Position numbers and translations under genes: made by a program
Notes under the pieces: generated by a model
The model's database searches: none
Seen by the model: only the letters and a program-made list of their open reading frames with translations
Told to the model about the DNA's origin: nothing
Shown: positions 19,301 to 24,982 of the stretch, in pieces
Position numbering within the stretch: position 1 is the stretch's first letter
Layout: the number at the start of each line of letters is the position of its first letter
Source: a virus
Taxonomy: Duplodnaviria > Caudoviricetes
Virus record (IMG/VR): IMGVR_UViG_3300009086_000061
Location: 1 to 31,794 of that record
Length of the DNA: 31,794 bases
Direction: 5' to 3' (one strand)

Positions 19301-20226
19301 TGCGTAGAGGTACTATGGGCACCGGAGTCAAAGATGAATATACTGCTGAGACAATATTTTATCATCAAGGTGCTGATAGTATTTTACCATATAAAGATGA
19401 AGAAGAAAGATTCAAAGTAATCAGTGGAGTTTATACTGATACAAGTAAAATATATCCTAACTCTTCGGTAGACATTACAGCAACTTCAATTGTATACAGT
19501 TTTAATAACAATACAGTGTTTCCTGTAAGAGTTCCTGGTACATACGATCAAATTGCTACAGTTACAGGAACAGGATTTAGACCTGGTGTAAAAGTATTAA
19601 TGCAAAATGAAGCAGGAGATATAAGAGAGCTTGAAAAAATATCAAGCACTACAACAGAGATACAATTCTATACAGAAACAATGTCAGTTGGTGCATATGA
19701 TTTAGTAATACTGAATCCAAAAGAAACAGCACCTGCTTTAAGAGCTGAAGAATATTTAGTATTGCCAAAATACTTGCCTTATGTACAAATATTAGTACCT
19801 TACAATCCTGAAGCATTTACAGATGTTGTTAAAAATCCAACAGAAACTGGAGAATGGTACAAAGCACCGTTTGACGAAGGCGGTATACCAGAAGAATATT
19901 GGCAAGCACTTAACATTGAAGTATTTGCGAATGGTAAAAGACTACGTAAAACACCAACTAAGGTGTACGATGTAACTAAAGGTCCAGATAGTCCAAACGC
20001 AGACATTGATATTGAAGCAGATTATGCTGTTAATAAAAATGAAGGTGCGTATGTACGTCTAACGACACCTCCGGAAGCAAATACAACACTAATTATAATA
20101 AGAAAACTAGGAACAGAATGGCGTGAATTAGATGAAGATACAAGTTCTACATTTAAACCGCTAGGAGAATCGAATACAGAAATTGCAACTTTCTTACGTG
20201 GAAAGACAATTAATTTGCCGCGATAA
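4390..20226 (+). CDS. Giant (5278 aa) mosaic baseplate/virion structural protein (gp7-position wedge/adhesin-like) with beta-propeller, CBM-like, Ig-like and IPT/TIG modules
   Basis: Uninterrupted 15.8-kb ORF coupled to gp6 by a TAATG overlap. N-terminal LPKYFRTDKNQKFL resembles the gp7/tail P2-I-type start. Contains FG-GAP-like repeats, W/YKG..Y..D.V.Y.G..Y repeats, GxIxxVxVxxGGxGY repeats and a VTGTGF...GAYDLVILNP module. Confidence 0.8.
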   Translation: MAKNDQNEFPLPNGSNSNKRESARHLPKYFRTDKNQKFLKSTLDQVLQPGVAEKISSFVGRKTAKSYVKDDNYLSDISADRTNYQLEPASIIQDSNGNVDYHADYRDYINQIANLGGSNINHGRNTKEEFYSWDPKIDWDKFSNFREYYWLPNGPRSVFIPGEQKEITSTYTVELAEALGDYSYVFTPDGLTNNPILKLYRGVKYRFEINTPGLPLTFKTQRTLDDAFLLVDGISAQKVDEGVIELELGSDAPDELFYVSSEDINSGGLIRVANQSDAQFIDVVAEIIGKKEYQTRDNWSLTNGLKVRFRGDVQPELYRDKEWYVEGVGEEIELVSATDVEVSFPVGVDVDVPFDNDEGFDQFPFSQATGYPRDKDYITINRASPDGNFWSRYNRWFHKDVIELVDTITNNSVTVDETARASRPIIEFESGLRLYNFGSFSKGTIDLIDTFTTDAFSTIEGSLGYNIDDIQLSTGMRVIFLADTDPLVTGKVFEVKFIKFKGSGTDGQITLVPTTDSEPSSGENVLVTRGTENGGKIWYYDGNKWSIAQEKTSVNTPPIFDVFDENDISYSNINVYPASSFRGSKIFGYKVGTGANDTALGFPLSYKSIENVGDIVFDFNFNTDTFQYQTNDTLNVVDVKQGFLRKYKGKNFTIANVYTKANTLSEQKVILQYVNDNTRITYPINCYDRSSELTDLSITVLCNNIIKYENIDYEFENSVDKIKSIKFKYDLDKDASIIIKCSSSAVKNNNGYYEIANNLEKNPLNEDLTSFTLGEVNDHVFSITENVPNFNGIFPGPSNLRDLDGLSKYGRKFIKHSSPLNLSMYSLIDKPSNIINAVRYSKKEYAKFKRLFIETAESIGYSGNVKGHVDKIITELVKSKTNVMPFYFSDMIPFGTAITTKIIVEDIATQFYALNTDFTLETLSTRAVTVYLNSEQLIHNKDYTFNTEGFLVITATKSVGDIIEINEYDTTNGSFIPPTPSKLGLYPVFEPYLYQDTSFSSNPTVIKGHDGSIVKAFGDYRDALILELEKRIFNNIKINYDPTLFNVHSYVPGLNRNTAFTRKEINAPLTTDFLQWMTLVDKDYTVNSYFDTNNPFTFNYSLLMDKNGDKLPGWWRAIYRYYFDTDSPHLTPWEMLGFSIKPSWWEDQYGPAPYTKNNSLLWEDLERGIIRDPSGSFKINKLYRRPGLKTFIPVNASGELLGPSNCNIPKRFDTQSLNRGFVFGDGSPVEDAWINSSEYPFAILTSWLINSTPSALATGFDRSRQVRNSIGHIIYKDTKNHIKLEDLCFPTGINESAQKLTSGFVNYIQDYMSYNLADKFVEYQNNIKSIKNRLTFKLGGFTDKSKFKLILDSRTPTNEGNVFIPEENYQVFLNTSTPIKTINYSGVIVEKVQGGFSIRGYDKELPYFKYYQSLTSSKDIEVNVGGVSDSYIEWNENRTYAKDTIIENNGSYYRTNVTFTSGNVFDSSQPTELTKLAKLPITGGRNATFKNRFNKDDVLTLSYGTILTSIQDVIDFLLGYEHWLVEQGFRFQYFDGTENIISDWKNASREFLFWTSHSWGEGALISLSPAADQVWFNTEYAKVDSVTDNFFGYGLLKSDGKPLESKFLKIDRIDRNNFKITPTITADGVYSIKIPLTQTEHVVMIDNSSVFGDVVYQPATGYRQDRIKAFGYRTTDWNGSLDIPGFIYSEVIIKDWQQWTDYAVGDMVKYKEFNYTADAVITGSETFDYNQWVRLNETPQSKLIPNFEYKTNQFADFYDLDTDNFDVVQQQQAQHLIGYQKRKYLENIINDEVSQYKFYQGMIQEKGTRNSLDKLFDVLSANDRESLDFYEEWAIKQGQYGASEGFDEVEFKLDEKKFRLNPQPIQLTNSDDVDGLVYNIKDFEVYKKPLTYNNNFLPQKTDLKSFTRSPGFVNLSDIDVVLADYNGIANLDIESLSNKDYLWVGSKENKWNVLQYVSLDTTITSIETLQQKITDTTAPYELEITLDNSPAGIKAGDILGIFNVQINDDAQDGSTETETTNTRLSQLKGFYRVTKKVLNKIYFESNVQIEKIPSCEGLVTTFKSVKVSDYVEANKIAQQGIDEGSLIWIENTENDWKVLKNSQGFNLLQQIPAEETGENNYGGSITVDNRNSIMSVSSPIASNNGKLFIYSRGGNSQNYQFTQIVEPATSASVGSGQLFGTGQAISADGKYLVVGAPGASNVKSRYKGEFVSTQDYDNKDIVQYDGLLWEVVVDIQGAQAQQQFGSFGAIAEVLQNNNIFANEAFFKNMLTGNYPFTESEEDTHPQHVLVRAPADQYSGTTAGDVVYMEWNEFTSANQDIPTTTARLPFNNEFPAITQEFLESGLTIQKKVDVILEIPVLSILPQIGDQVEATGVFGYVNYVYVSNNRAVIYIERTNGAWPLIGQLFKESGEVVGAFQRAAPTDSIDVNAELGGYWFFDTGADIELSANNVDEARGLVVYNVIPTGEVDTDAFGANIWKYNNTQSGIYGSNADNSYIRTLTYQGTPGPADNLDIIPSDLFIVRAPKALTDNIVVGDEIGLEILRFPSDADGSFIDITPTGLTYTQTNKKHTLYDLWEGYIDFDLDETNSVTGAPFEPKVGQFVRERTPNPGATAKVVYYQKFNNSKARVYVTNVLGDWGALGTGRTIEYIGIPTDPDPAYNQDQVLGDINAVSLGDLVADNLGIGKLCVFQLDAEIETVPAESTIIGAEYIIYKDTLISGQPLLANPPSSINLDYTQVFKIPVNPDAPGNNLNNFGYFSVFQKENVSSFNPIDTFILPDVTENLRIGSKIKIAKRNDLYKVLIGAQGNGTLSNPGKIFFINKGTDAEGIVYDWETSKDKRYKGVFSTSTNYIINDYVYYSGYFYKALTNIAGDGTTFTATEWQLVNNDQIRSIDYLGYIPNDTGTIPEDLDYKGFFTPLSTYTIDEIVQYFNGNFYKAKRNIPLGYNEFVDVNGTIEVPAEDWELISFVPGGDTELKLDQTGLIEFGRDFDISDNGEVLVVSAKFDNDITKVVVYRNINDNYQKSQELIHPSVDETDSQFGTSISISQDGKMIAIGAPLADDSTSTNVGKVFVYTQKGNTFVLTQTLSSVNEVDGELFGKKIEFDGNSLFVSAFNASSDDITTFDSNATVFDNEFTTYKNEIASNGVVYAYERIDESLIFGQSIDYHTYAGRDSIAEVDFFGRNILAKNNHLYVSVPQYQNANGKKGLILDYRRPDNERIWTQHRVHNPPADIDKIKKVMLYDLNKNEVITNLDYIDPIQGKIAGPADEEIRYKTPNDPAVYTNNNNLIDNITIDSNRSWGPEQTGRVWWNLTNAKFYNVYQSNLIYKSNNFNTLFKGSSIDVYEWVESTLTPEGWNNDPDTTGTAIYDSQVYSTRRVYDNIAKRFTNYYYFWVKDKTTIPNIPGRSLSIDAVAKLIADPSGQKYKFISFSDTNSFVLHNVGSLIEDTNTVLNIQYWTSGDKYSNIHNQYQIVTEGLSTSIPNEQIVNKLIDSLVGYDVNSRPVPNPNLSPKEKYGILNRPRQGWFINRVEVLKQVIERVNVTLLQNLITDEKDISALQLNDLKPTSNTNKFDTTVDNYIDLNFVSTVRAKSAVLTPIIENGKLVRVDIVDGGRSYKTAPTYKIDGQGTGADVEFTLDVLGQITQVTVISQGYNYDDNTSIEVRPFAVLVNADETVNNKWAIYHFINNSWVRVASQAYDVTAYWDYVDWYATDYNKFTEIDHVLDYTYNLQGLDDRFGDIVKILNVGGTGWLLLEKIDNQDTTDYTVNYKTIGKENGTVQLSSSLYSFADNLVGFDNQTFDTQFFDKQPIAELRILLNALKDDIFITNLANEFNNIFFLCLRYVFSEQGYVDWAFKTSFVKAQHNVGELQQKTTFKNDNLTSYEAYIQEVKPYKSKIREYISNYSKLETASNVVTDFDSPPRYDSSKGTITTADIKVLNGVLFGTGNALDIDSNWLNNLSYEVTKIEVSDAGEGYISRPEIVIEGNATALASLGPTGNISSITVIEPGSGYIELPTITINGTLKDGGRDAVLTAVLGNSPVRNMHTIIKFDRLSGTFFITQMNETESFTASGGISRFDLKWPMDLRTNTIDISVNGELILSSDYTFSNVKDTTSTVDKYFARIEFINPPAAEAVVQINYRKSIDLLDAQDRINLFYNPTTGQLGKDLSQLMDGVDYGGVQVKSFEFGAPPGWDTGDWYTDNWDIFDETFDDETFETDGSTVTFDLVKPLAKDVKYNVYINGQRVDDDTWDGTSTVEGNTYAFMAPIVGDGLTNTFTFENEIRYRQVVEELDSSGLNNPPANVITLRRATSDGSRVIDESAYDTAITGGDLAYSTATGIKAEDINVDGDGFVTATTSKGPEETVPGQVMDTLDLQVYERPTSGTGVIEVDSFQGNGTTTTYTLTQRPYSVESVIVKIDYIIVDSSKYTINFKTNEVLLYEAPAIGAKISIISISLGGTNLLDYGNFTTDASTTDYETAIPYSENNSAYVTVNGSVLPFTLENVSGVTHIKFAETPPENRLVQYGIFNSTIETFSQISIDKIIADGSSTAYELSRAPFEQQPTSYHTIITATTTEGAVVTENVLTAGYSEAFTVETDVLEYKMKVWQIPVGSVEGSELKVFLNDRELTFLQEWTYEGAGSFNRNISADAQPGSTIILQRGVAAPGDELKVFVLSSGEYRFGYFDSANDFIDTSGKQIPAVLTPVIESGQITSVTVVSGGRGYNTDSGISASSDAGVGAQFTIDVNEVGSIINVTVVDAGTNYDADTTLNVEIVPIPAVIYFDKTYPVDTVIKVYQFSNHNGLGIEREKYEVVQQTEMTVGTKGYYDYRNLTNNFIDLRSAAISVNFVWISVNGKLLTPTADYILRENKKRIQFITPLNDYDTVDVIQFAAPPVSNRFGWRQFKDMLNRTTYLRLSSEDEHTLSAPLRWYDRSIQVGEGYERLPQPTSTVPGVLFIEGERIEFFRRDGNVLKQLRRGTMGTGVKDEYTAETIFYHQGADSILPYKDEEERFKVISGVYTDTSKIYPNSSVDITATSIVYSFNNNTVFPVRVPGTYDQIATVTGTGFRPGVKVLMQNEAGDIRELEKISSTTTEIQFYTETMSVGAYDLVILNPKETAPALRAEEYLVLPKYLPYVQILVPYNPEAFTDVVKNPTETGEWYKAPFDEGGIPEEYWQALNIEVFANGKRLRKTPTKVYDVTKGPDSPNADIDIEADYAVNKNEGAYVRLTTPPEANTTLIIIRKLGTEWRELDEDTSSTFKPLGESNTEIATFLRGKTINLPR
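10747..14020 (+). repeat. Seven FG-GAP-like beta-propeller blade motifs within the giant protein
   Basis: NYGGSITV (10747), FGTGQAISADGKYLVVGAPG (10924), IGSKIKIA..VLIGAQG (~12745), FGRDFDISDNGEVLVVSA (13345), FGTSISISQDGKMIAIGAP (13507), FGKKIEFDGNSLFVSA (13681), FFGRNILAKNNHLYVSVP (13927). Confidence 0.7.
15166..18705 (+). repeat. Three tandem-pair GxIxxVxVxxGGxGY beta-modules within the giant protein
   Basis: Copies at ~15166-15385 (AVLTPIIENGKLVRVDIVDGGRSY...QGYNY), ~16276-16500 (DAGEGY...EPGSGY) and ~18478-18705 (AVLTPVIESGQITSVTVVSGGRGY...DAGTNY). Confidence 0.75.
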
Positions 20227-20229
20227 ATA
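20222..20229 (+). promoter_or_regulatory. Putative phage late promoter (GATAAATA)
   Basis: 7/8 match to T4 late consensus TATAAATA; overlaps the TAA stop (20224-20226) of the giant gene and ends 20 nt before the next ATG. Confidence 0.6.
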
Positions 20230-20249
20230 CTACTGACAGGAAAACAAAC

Positions 20250-20864
20250 ATGGCTGATATATTTAAAGATACACAAGGAACTTTGTTACAAGGACATATA
20301 AAAATACATGACCCCAAAACGGGCGAAGTAATTATAGACAAACGTAACGCAATCCATTACGAGAACATGAGTATAGCTCTTGCAGAGAGTTTATCTAACT
20401 CAGGTGAAGGGTGGATACATGAAATGAGCTTCGGCAACGGAGGAACAAGTGTTGACCCAACTGGCGTTATTACATATTTAACACCAAACTCAACAGGAGT
20501 TAATGCAAGTTTGTATAATCAAACTTATACGAAAGTTGTTGATGATAGAAGTGTTAATAATATTGACCCTGCTAGAAATAAAACAGAAATAAGACATGTT
20601 AGTGGTACAAACTATACTGATATTTTAGTAACTTGTTTGTTAGATTACGGCGAACCAAGTGGACAAGACGCATTTGACACAGCTTCAAATGCTGAGAATT
20701 TATTTGTATTTGATGAATTAGGACTAAGGAGCTATGATAGTGATGGGTCAGGTCGCTTGCTTACACACGTTATTTTTCACCCTGTACAAAAATCATTAAA
20801 CAGGCTTATACAGATTGACTATACAGTAAGAATACAAAGTTTAACTGGTTTTAACGAGGGATAA
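20250..20864 (+). CDS. Conserved baseplate-associated structural protein (possibly DUF3751/fibre-attachment-like)
   Basis: 204 aa between the giant wedge gene and the fibres. GHIKI.D...VI.DK.NAI start and FDELGL...LLTHVIFHPVQKS...IDYTVRI end resemble baseplate/fibre-anchor beta domains. Confidence 0.55.
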   Translation: MADIFKDTQGTLLQGHIKIHDPKTGEVIIDKRNAIHYENMSIALAESLSNSGEGWIHEMSFGNGGTSVDPTGVITYLTPNSTGVNASLYNQTYTKVVDDRSVNNIDPARNKTEIRHVSGTNYTDILVTCLLDYGEPSGQDAFDTASNAENLFVFDELGLRSYDSDGSGRLLTHVIFHPVQKSLNRLIQIDYTVRIQSLTGFNEG

Positions 20865-20868
20865 TTAG

Positions 20869-22971
20869 ATGGCATATACAATTAGTTACACTGACGTTTC
20901 AAAAGAAGGCACCATTACAATTGAAGATGGTACTATTAATACTACTACAAGTTTAAAAATACCAGGACGTAATACTACAGCATACGGTGCTGTTATTGCA
21001 GAAAACTTTTTACACTTATTAGAGCATTTTGCTGCAACATCTGCACCATCTAATCCGTCAGAAGGACAAATTTGGTACAATAATGATCCGCTAGTAGAAG
21101 CACTTTTTGTTTATAATGGTACTAACTGGGTTCCAGCAAGCGGAATTACAAAGTCAATTAGTGCTCCGGCATTTGCAAACACAGGCGATTTATGGGTTGA
21201 TATTGATAATCAGCAACTATACTTATTTACAGGTGGTGGCTGGATCCTAGTAGGACCAAGTTTCTCAGAAGGTTTAGCAACTGGTGCTAGAGCAGATCAA
21301 ATTGTGGGACAAGATAACGTTTCATACACTGTTTTAAAAGTTGAAGTTAACGGAGTTGTAGTTGGTATTATTTCCGGATCTGATGTATCGTTTATACCAA
21401 AAGCAACAATCGCAGGATTTCCATTAATTAATCCAGGATTTAACGTTATTAGTAGAGATACTGATTCCGATGGCCTAAGTAACTTTAAATTCTTTGGTAC
21501 TGCTGAAAAGGCAGAAAGTTTAATTGTTAATAATTCAGTTGTTGCCGCAGGAGACTTTTTAAGAGGCGATGTAACAAGTACAACAACATTTCCTATCAAT
21601 GTCCAAAACAACCAAGGCATTAATTACGGTATTAACGGCGAGTTAACAGTCGGAGTTGTAGGGCAAGCTGGTATTATACAACATAATATTGGTGGTTCTA
21701 ATATTGATATTCGTGTTAGAAATAATAACCAAACAAAAACAGTTATACGTGTTGATTCAAACTTGCGTGTTGGTGTTAACACAGAAGCTCCGGAACAAGC
21801 ATTAGACGTTGTAGGTACTATACAAGCAAGTCAAGACTTACTAGTTAATGGTACTACAGAAAGCACTACTATTAATAACGGTGCGTTAAAAGTAGCTGGC
21901 GGCGCAGCAATTAAGAAAAACTTAAATGTTGCAGGCGAAACAACACTTAGTAATATACTGTCAACAAATGCTGTTGTTCCTGATGATAATAATATTAGAG
22001 ATATCGGAACATCGGAAAACAAGTATAGATTTGTTCATGCACAACGGTTCTTTGGCGATATTACAGGAACAGTAACAGGTACTATTGACGGACGTTCAAC
22101 ATCTTCGGACAAACTTACTGATAGAACTTCATTTATTATGGAGGGCGATGTTACTACTGTAGTTCCTGTAGAATATGACGGTGCATTCCAAGATCCTAAT
22201 TTTAACAACGGTGTTGATGCAAACGGAGATCCACTTACACCAGGTGAGCAACCGTTGCAGAAGAAGTTTAGAACAGAAATATCAAATTCATTTATTACAG
22301 GTAAGCCATTAGTGGAATCTGTAGGCAACAATGATTTACTTTTACTTAATGATACCTCGTTAGCATCTCCGGGATTAAAGTCAGTAACAAAAAGAGCTTT
22401 CTTAAATGATTTACCAAGAACTCCAGCAGGAGTTATTCTTCCATATGGTGGCGGAACAGCACCAATAGGATGGTTAATATGTGATGGTAGAGAAATAGAA
22501 CGTGATTTATGGAATGAATTATTTACTGCTATTGGATTCAATTTCAAAGGTTCAACACAAGTAACACCAGGATATTTTGGTTTACCTGATTTACGTGGTA
22601 GAATGCCAATGGGTGCAGACAATATGGGCGGAACAAATGCAAATGTTGTGCAAACTAACTCTGCAGATGTTATAGGTGCTTCAGACGGAGCGGCAGAAAA
22701 GTTAATTAACATCGCACAAATACCAGAACACAAACATGATTTACAAGATGCTGACAATAACCAGTTTTATGTATATCAAGATAGATTAGATCCAACAACA
22801 GATACTAATGTTGAAACAGGTATATCTGGTCCAGGACAAGCTGGTATAGCACAACGACTTAATAATAGTGGAGGCATAGTTGGTAATTCGGACAGCGTGC
22901 CACAAAGTACATTTAATGTTATGCCACCAACAGTAACACTAAATTATATAATTTACGGCGGGCGAGAATAA
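20869..22971 (+). CDS. Tail fibre / short-tail-fibre-like protein with phage tail-collar domain and HxH tip (T4 gp10/gp12-like C-terminus)
   Basis: Tail-collar motif PAGVILPYGGGTAPIGWLICDG...LFTAIG...FGLPDLRGRMPMG (22423-22614), IPEHKHD (HxH at 22729-22737) and terminal NVMPPTVTLNYII. Confidence 0.85.
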   Translation: MAYTISYTDVSKEGTITIEDGTINTTTSLKIPGRNTTAYGAVIAENFLHLLEHFAATSAPSNPSEGQIWYNNDPLVEALFVYNGTNWVPASGITKSISAPAFANTGDLWVDIDNQQLYLFTGGGWILVGPSFSEGLATGARADQIVGQDNVSYTVLKVEVNGVVVGIISGSDVSFIPKATIAGFPLINPGFNVISRDTDSDGLSNFKFFGTAEKAESLIVNNSVVAAGDFLRGDVTSTTTFPINVQNNQGINYGINGELTVGVVGQAGIIQHNIGGSNIDIRVRNNNQTKTVIRVDSNLRVGVNTEAPEQALDVVGTIQASQDLLVNGTTESTTINNGALKVAGGAAIKKNLNVAGETTLSNILSTNAVVPDDNNIRDIGTSENKYRFVHAQRFFGDITGTVTGTIDGRSTSSDKLTDRTSFIMEGDVTTVVPVEYDGAFQDPNFNNGVDANGDPLTPGEQPLQKKFRTEISNSFITGKPLVESVGNNDLLLLNDTSLASPGLKSVTKRAFLNDLPRTPAGVILPYGGGTAPIGWLICDGREIERDLWNELFTAIGFNFKGSTQVTPGYFGLPDLRGRMPMGADNMGGTNANVVQTNSADVIGASDGAAEKLINIAQIPEHKHDLQDADNNQFYVYQDRLDPTTDTNVETGISGPGQAGIAQRLNNSGGIVGNSDSVPQSTFNVMPPTVTLNYIIYGGRE

Positions 22972-24944
22972 TGAGTTATAAAATAAACAAAACTAACGGA
23001 GAACTAATTGTTGATCTAGTAGATGGGCAGATAGACGAAACTTCTACAGACATTACACTAATTGGGCGTAACTATAAAGGCTTTGGTGAAAAAATGAACG
23101 AAAACTTTGTAAAGTTAATAGAAAACTTTGCACAGTCAAGCGCACCTGGAGCTCCATTAGTTGGACAACTTTGGTATGATACTTCCGAACAACGGTTAAA
23201 AGTTTATACCGGTGATACATTTAAAACAGCTTCCGGAGCATTAGTAAGTCAAACACAGCCAAACTTAGTTACAGGTGATATTTGGATTGATAGCTTTAAT
23301 AATAAACTTTATTTTTATGACGGCGCCGACATAGTACTAGTTGGTCCGCAATATAATGCAGGTCAAGGAAAAACGCTTGTTGAAGCAGTAACAGTTATTG
23401 ATAGAACTGGACAAGAACAAACAGCATTATTCATGTATATTGGAGGACTACTAACAGGTATATATTCTAGAACAGAATTTAGACCACAATTAAACATAAC
23501 AGGGTATCCAATAGATCAAGATGATGTTAATATTCCAAAACGTCAGTTAATACGTAAAGGATTTAATCCTATTGATACAGCATTTGCATGGCAAGGCTCT
23601 GCAAAAAGTACACAATCTTTGATTAGTGTAAGTGGCGAAGAGTTTAGTGAAGTTAACTTTATGAAAACTGACAGAGATACTAGTACAACTGGTAGTTTAG
23701 CAATTAGAGATGAGAATGGATTAACAGTTGGGGTTGACGACACAGTACATGTAGCTTTAAGAATTGAGACCACGAATAATAATATTACATCATTTGAAAA
23801 TCAACAAAAGAATAAAGATTTTGTTCTAAGAGTTAAACGAGGAAATGCATTTGATGATGTATTGTATGCAAATGCATCAATTAAACGTACTGGAATATAT
23901 ACAAACTCTCCTAGCGTAGGGTTTGATGTTAATACTGATGCTAAGATTCAAGGCGATCTTACAGTTGACGGTAACTTTACAGCAAACGGTAATACTACTT
24001 TTATTAGTGCTGAAACACTACAAGTTAATGATAAAAATATTGAATTAGGTGCTGACTCTGACGGAAATGCTGGCGGTAATAATATTGCAGTTGACGGCGG
24101 CGGAATTACCCTAAAATCAACTGATGGAGACAAAACGTTTAACTGGATCAATGCAGAAGAAGCATGGACATCAAGTGAACACATTGATATAGCTTCATCA
24201 AAGCAACTTAAAATAGGCGGCATTACTACACTTACAGCTGATAGAATACATAACTCAGTATTGTATGCAGAAGGGTTAATTAGAGTTGGCGTATTACAAG
24301 ACTTAACAGTTGATAATATCAGTTTGAACGGTTCGGCAATATCAACCACGTTGCCATTATCGATATCGTCAACAGGTAATATTACTATTAATAACCAAAA
24401 AATTACAGGCGTAAGCACACCTTTGAGCTTACGAAAGAAAACATTAAATTCACTTGCTGATCCAGTTGATCCTGATGATTCAGTAGCAAGTAAAGGATAT
24501 GTTGACGAAGAATTGAAAGCAGAACCGTTAATTGTTTCTTTAGATGTAACAGGATATAGTAATCCTAGTGCAAATTTAGCAGCAAACGGTCCTTACAATA
24601 ATGTTAAAACTGTACTCGAAACATTATATAGTGCAGTAGACAAAACAAACTCAGCGATTGCAAAAATTTATTGCACAAGTTATTCAACTACATCAGTTAC
24701 AGGTATTGATGTTGACCAACTAGTTGACGACCCTAATAATCCAAGCGGACCGCAAATTAGTGCAGTTCGTAAAACGTTTATTAGTGTAGACAAAGATGGC
24801 AACGCAAGTGATGAGTCAGTCTTACAAGATGTTGACTTTTTACCAGTATCAGCTAGTGCAGGGCTAACACCAGAACGAGCAATCATGGAGTTTGAAAATC
24901 AAAGCGGGGTATGGACATGGATTCGAACCACCGTACTTTCTTAA
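22971..24944 (+). CDS. Tail fibre protein (paralog 2)
   Basis: Shares the N-terminal domain (LIGRNYKGFGE..NENFVKLIENFA...GQLWYD) with its neighbours; fibre-type motifs GDLTVDGNFTANG, DKNIELG, GGGITLKSTDGDKTF, ASKGYVD; TAATG coupling to the previous gene. Confidence 0.8.
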   Translation: MSYKINKTNGELIVDLVDGQIDETSTDITLIGRNYKGFGEKMNENFVKLIENFAQSSAPGAPLVGQLWYDTSEQRLKVYTGDTFKTASGALVSQTQPNLVTGDIWIDSFNNKLYFYDGADIVLVGPQYNAGQGKTLVEAVTVIDRTGQEQTALFMYIGGLLTGIYSRTEFRPQLNITGYPIDQDDVNIPKRQLIRKGFNPIDTAFAWQGSAKSTQSLISVSGEEFSEVNFMKTDRDTSTTGSLAIRDENGLTVGVDDTVHVALRIETTNNNITSFENQQKNKDFVLRVKRGNAFDDVLYANASIKRTGIYTNSPSVGFDVNTDAKIQGDLTVDGNFTANGNTTFISAETLQVNDKNIELGADSDGNAGGNNIAVDGGGITLKSTDGDKTFNWINAEEAWTSSEHIDIASSKQLKIGGITTLTADRIHNSVLYAEGLIRVGVLQDLTVDNISLNGSAISTTLPLSISSTGNITINNQKITGVSTPLSLRKKTLNSLADPVDPDDSVASKGYVDEELKAEPLIVSLDVTGYSNPSANLAANGPYNNVKTVLETLYSAVDKTNSAIAKIYCTSYSTTSVTGIDVDQLVDDPNNPSGPQISAVRKTFISVDKDGNASDESVLQDVDFLPVSASAGLTPERAIMEFENQSGVWTWIRTTVLS

Positions 24945-24948
24945 TACA

Positions 24949-24956
24949 GATAAATA
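24949..24956 (+). promoter_or_regulatory. Putative phage late promoter (GATAAATA) inside an inverted repeat
   Basis: GATAAATA ends 26 nt before the ATG at 24983; part of GATAAAT-AC-ATTTATC (24949-24964); SD-like AGGGGT at 24969-24974. Confidence 0.6.
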
Positions 24957-24982
24957 CATTTATCGCATAGGGGTTATAACGA

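Noticed and set aside
4390-20226. Intein or intron explaining the giant ORF size
   Set aside because: No C/S...HN-C/S/T splice junction pair or LAGLIDADG/HNH motifs noticed; the length is accounted for by structural repeat modules.
22035-22757. 240-aa minus-strand ORF
   Set aside because: Antisense shadow of the tail-collar fibre gene; no recognisable motifs; explained by codon bias of the sense gene.
24915-24935. GGATTCGAACC (minus strand GGTTCGAATCC) resembling a tRNA T-arm or att core
   Set aside because: No acceptor, D or anticodon stems can be built around it; it lies inside the coding sequence (WIRT) of fibre 2, and no integrase is present.
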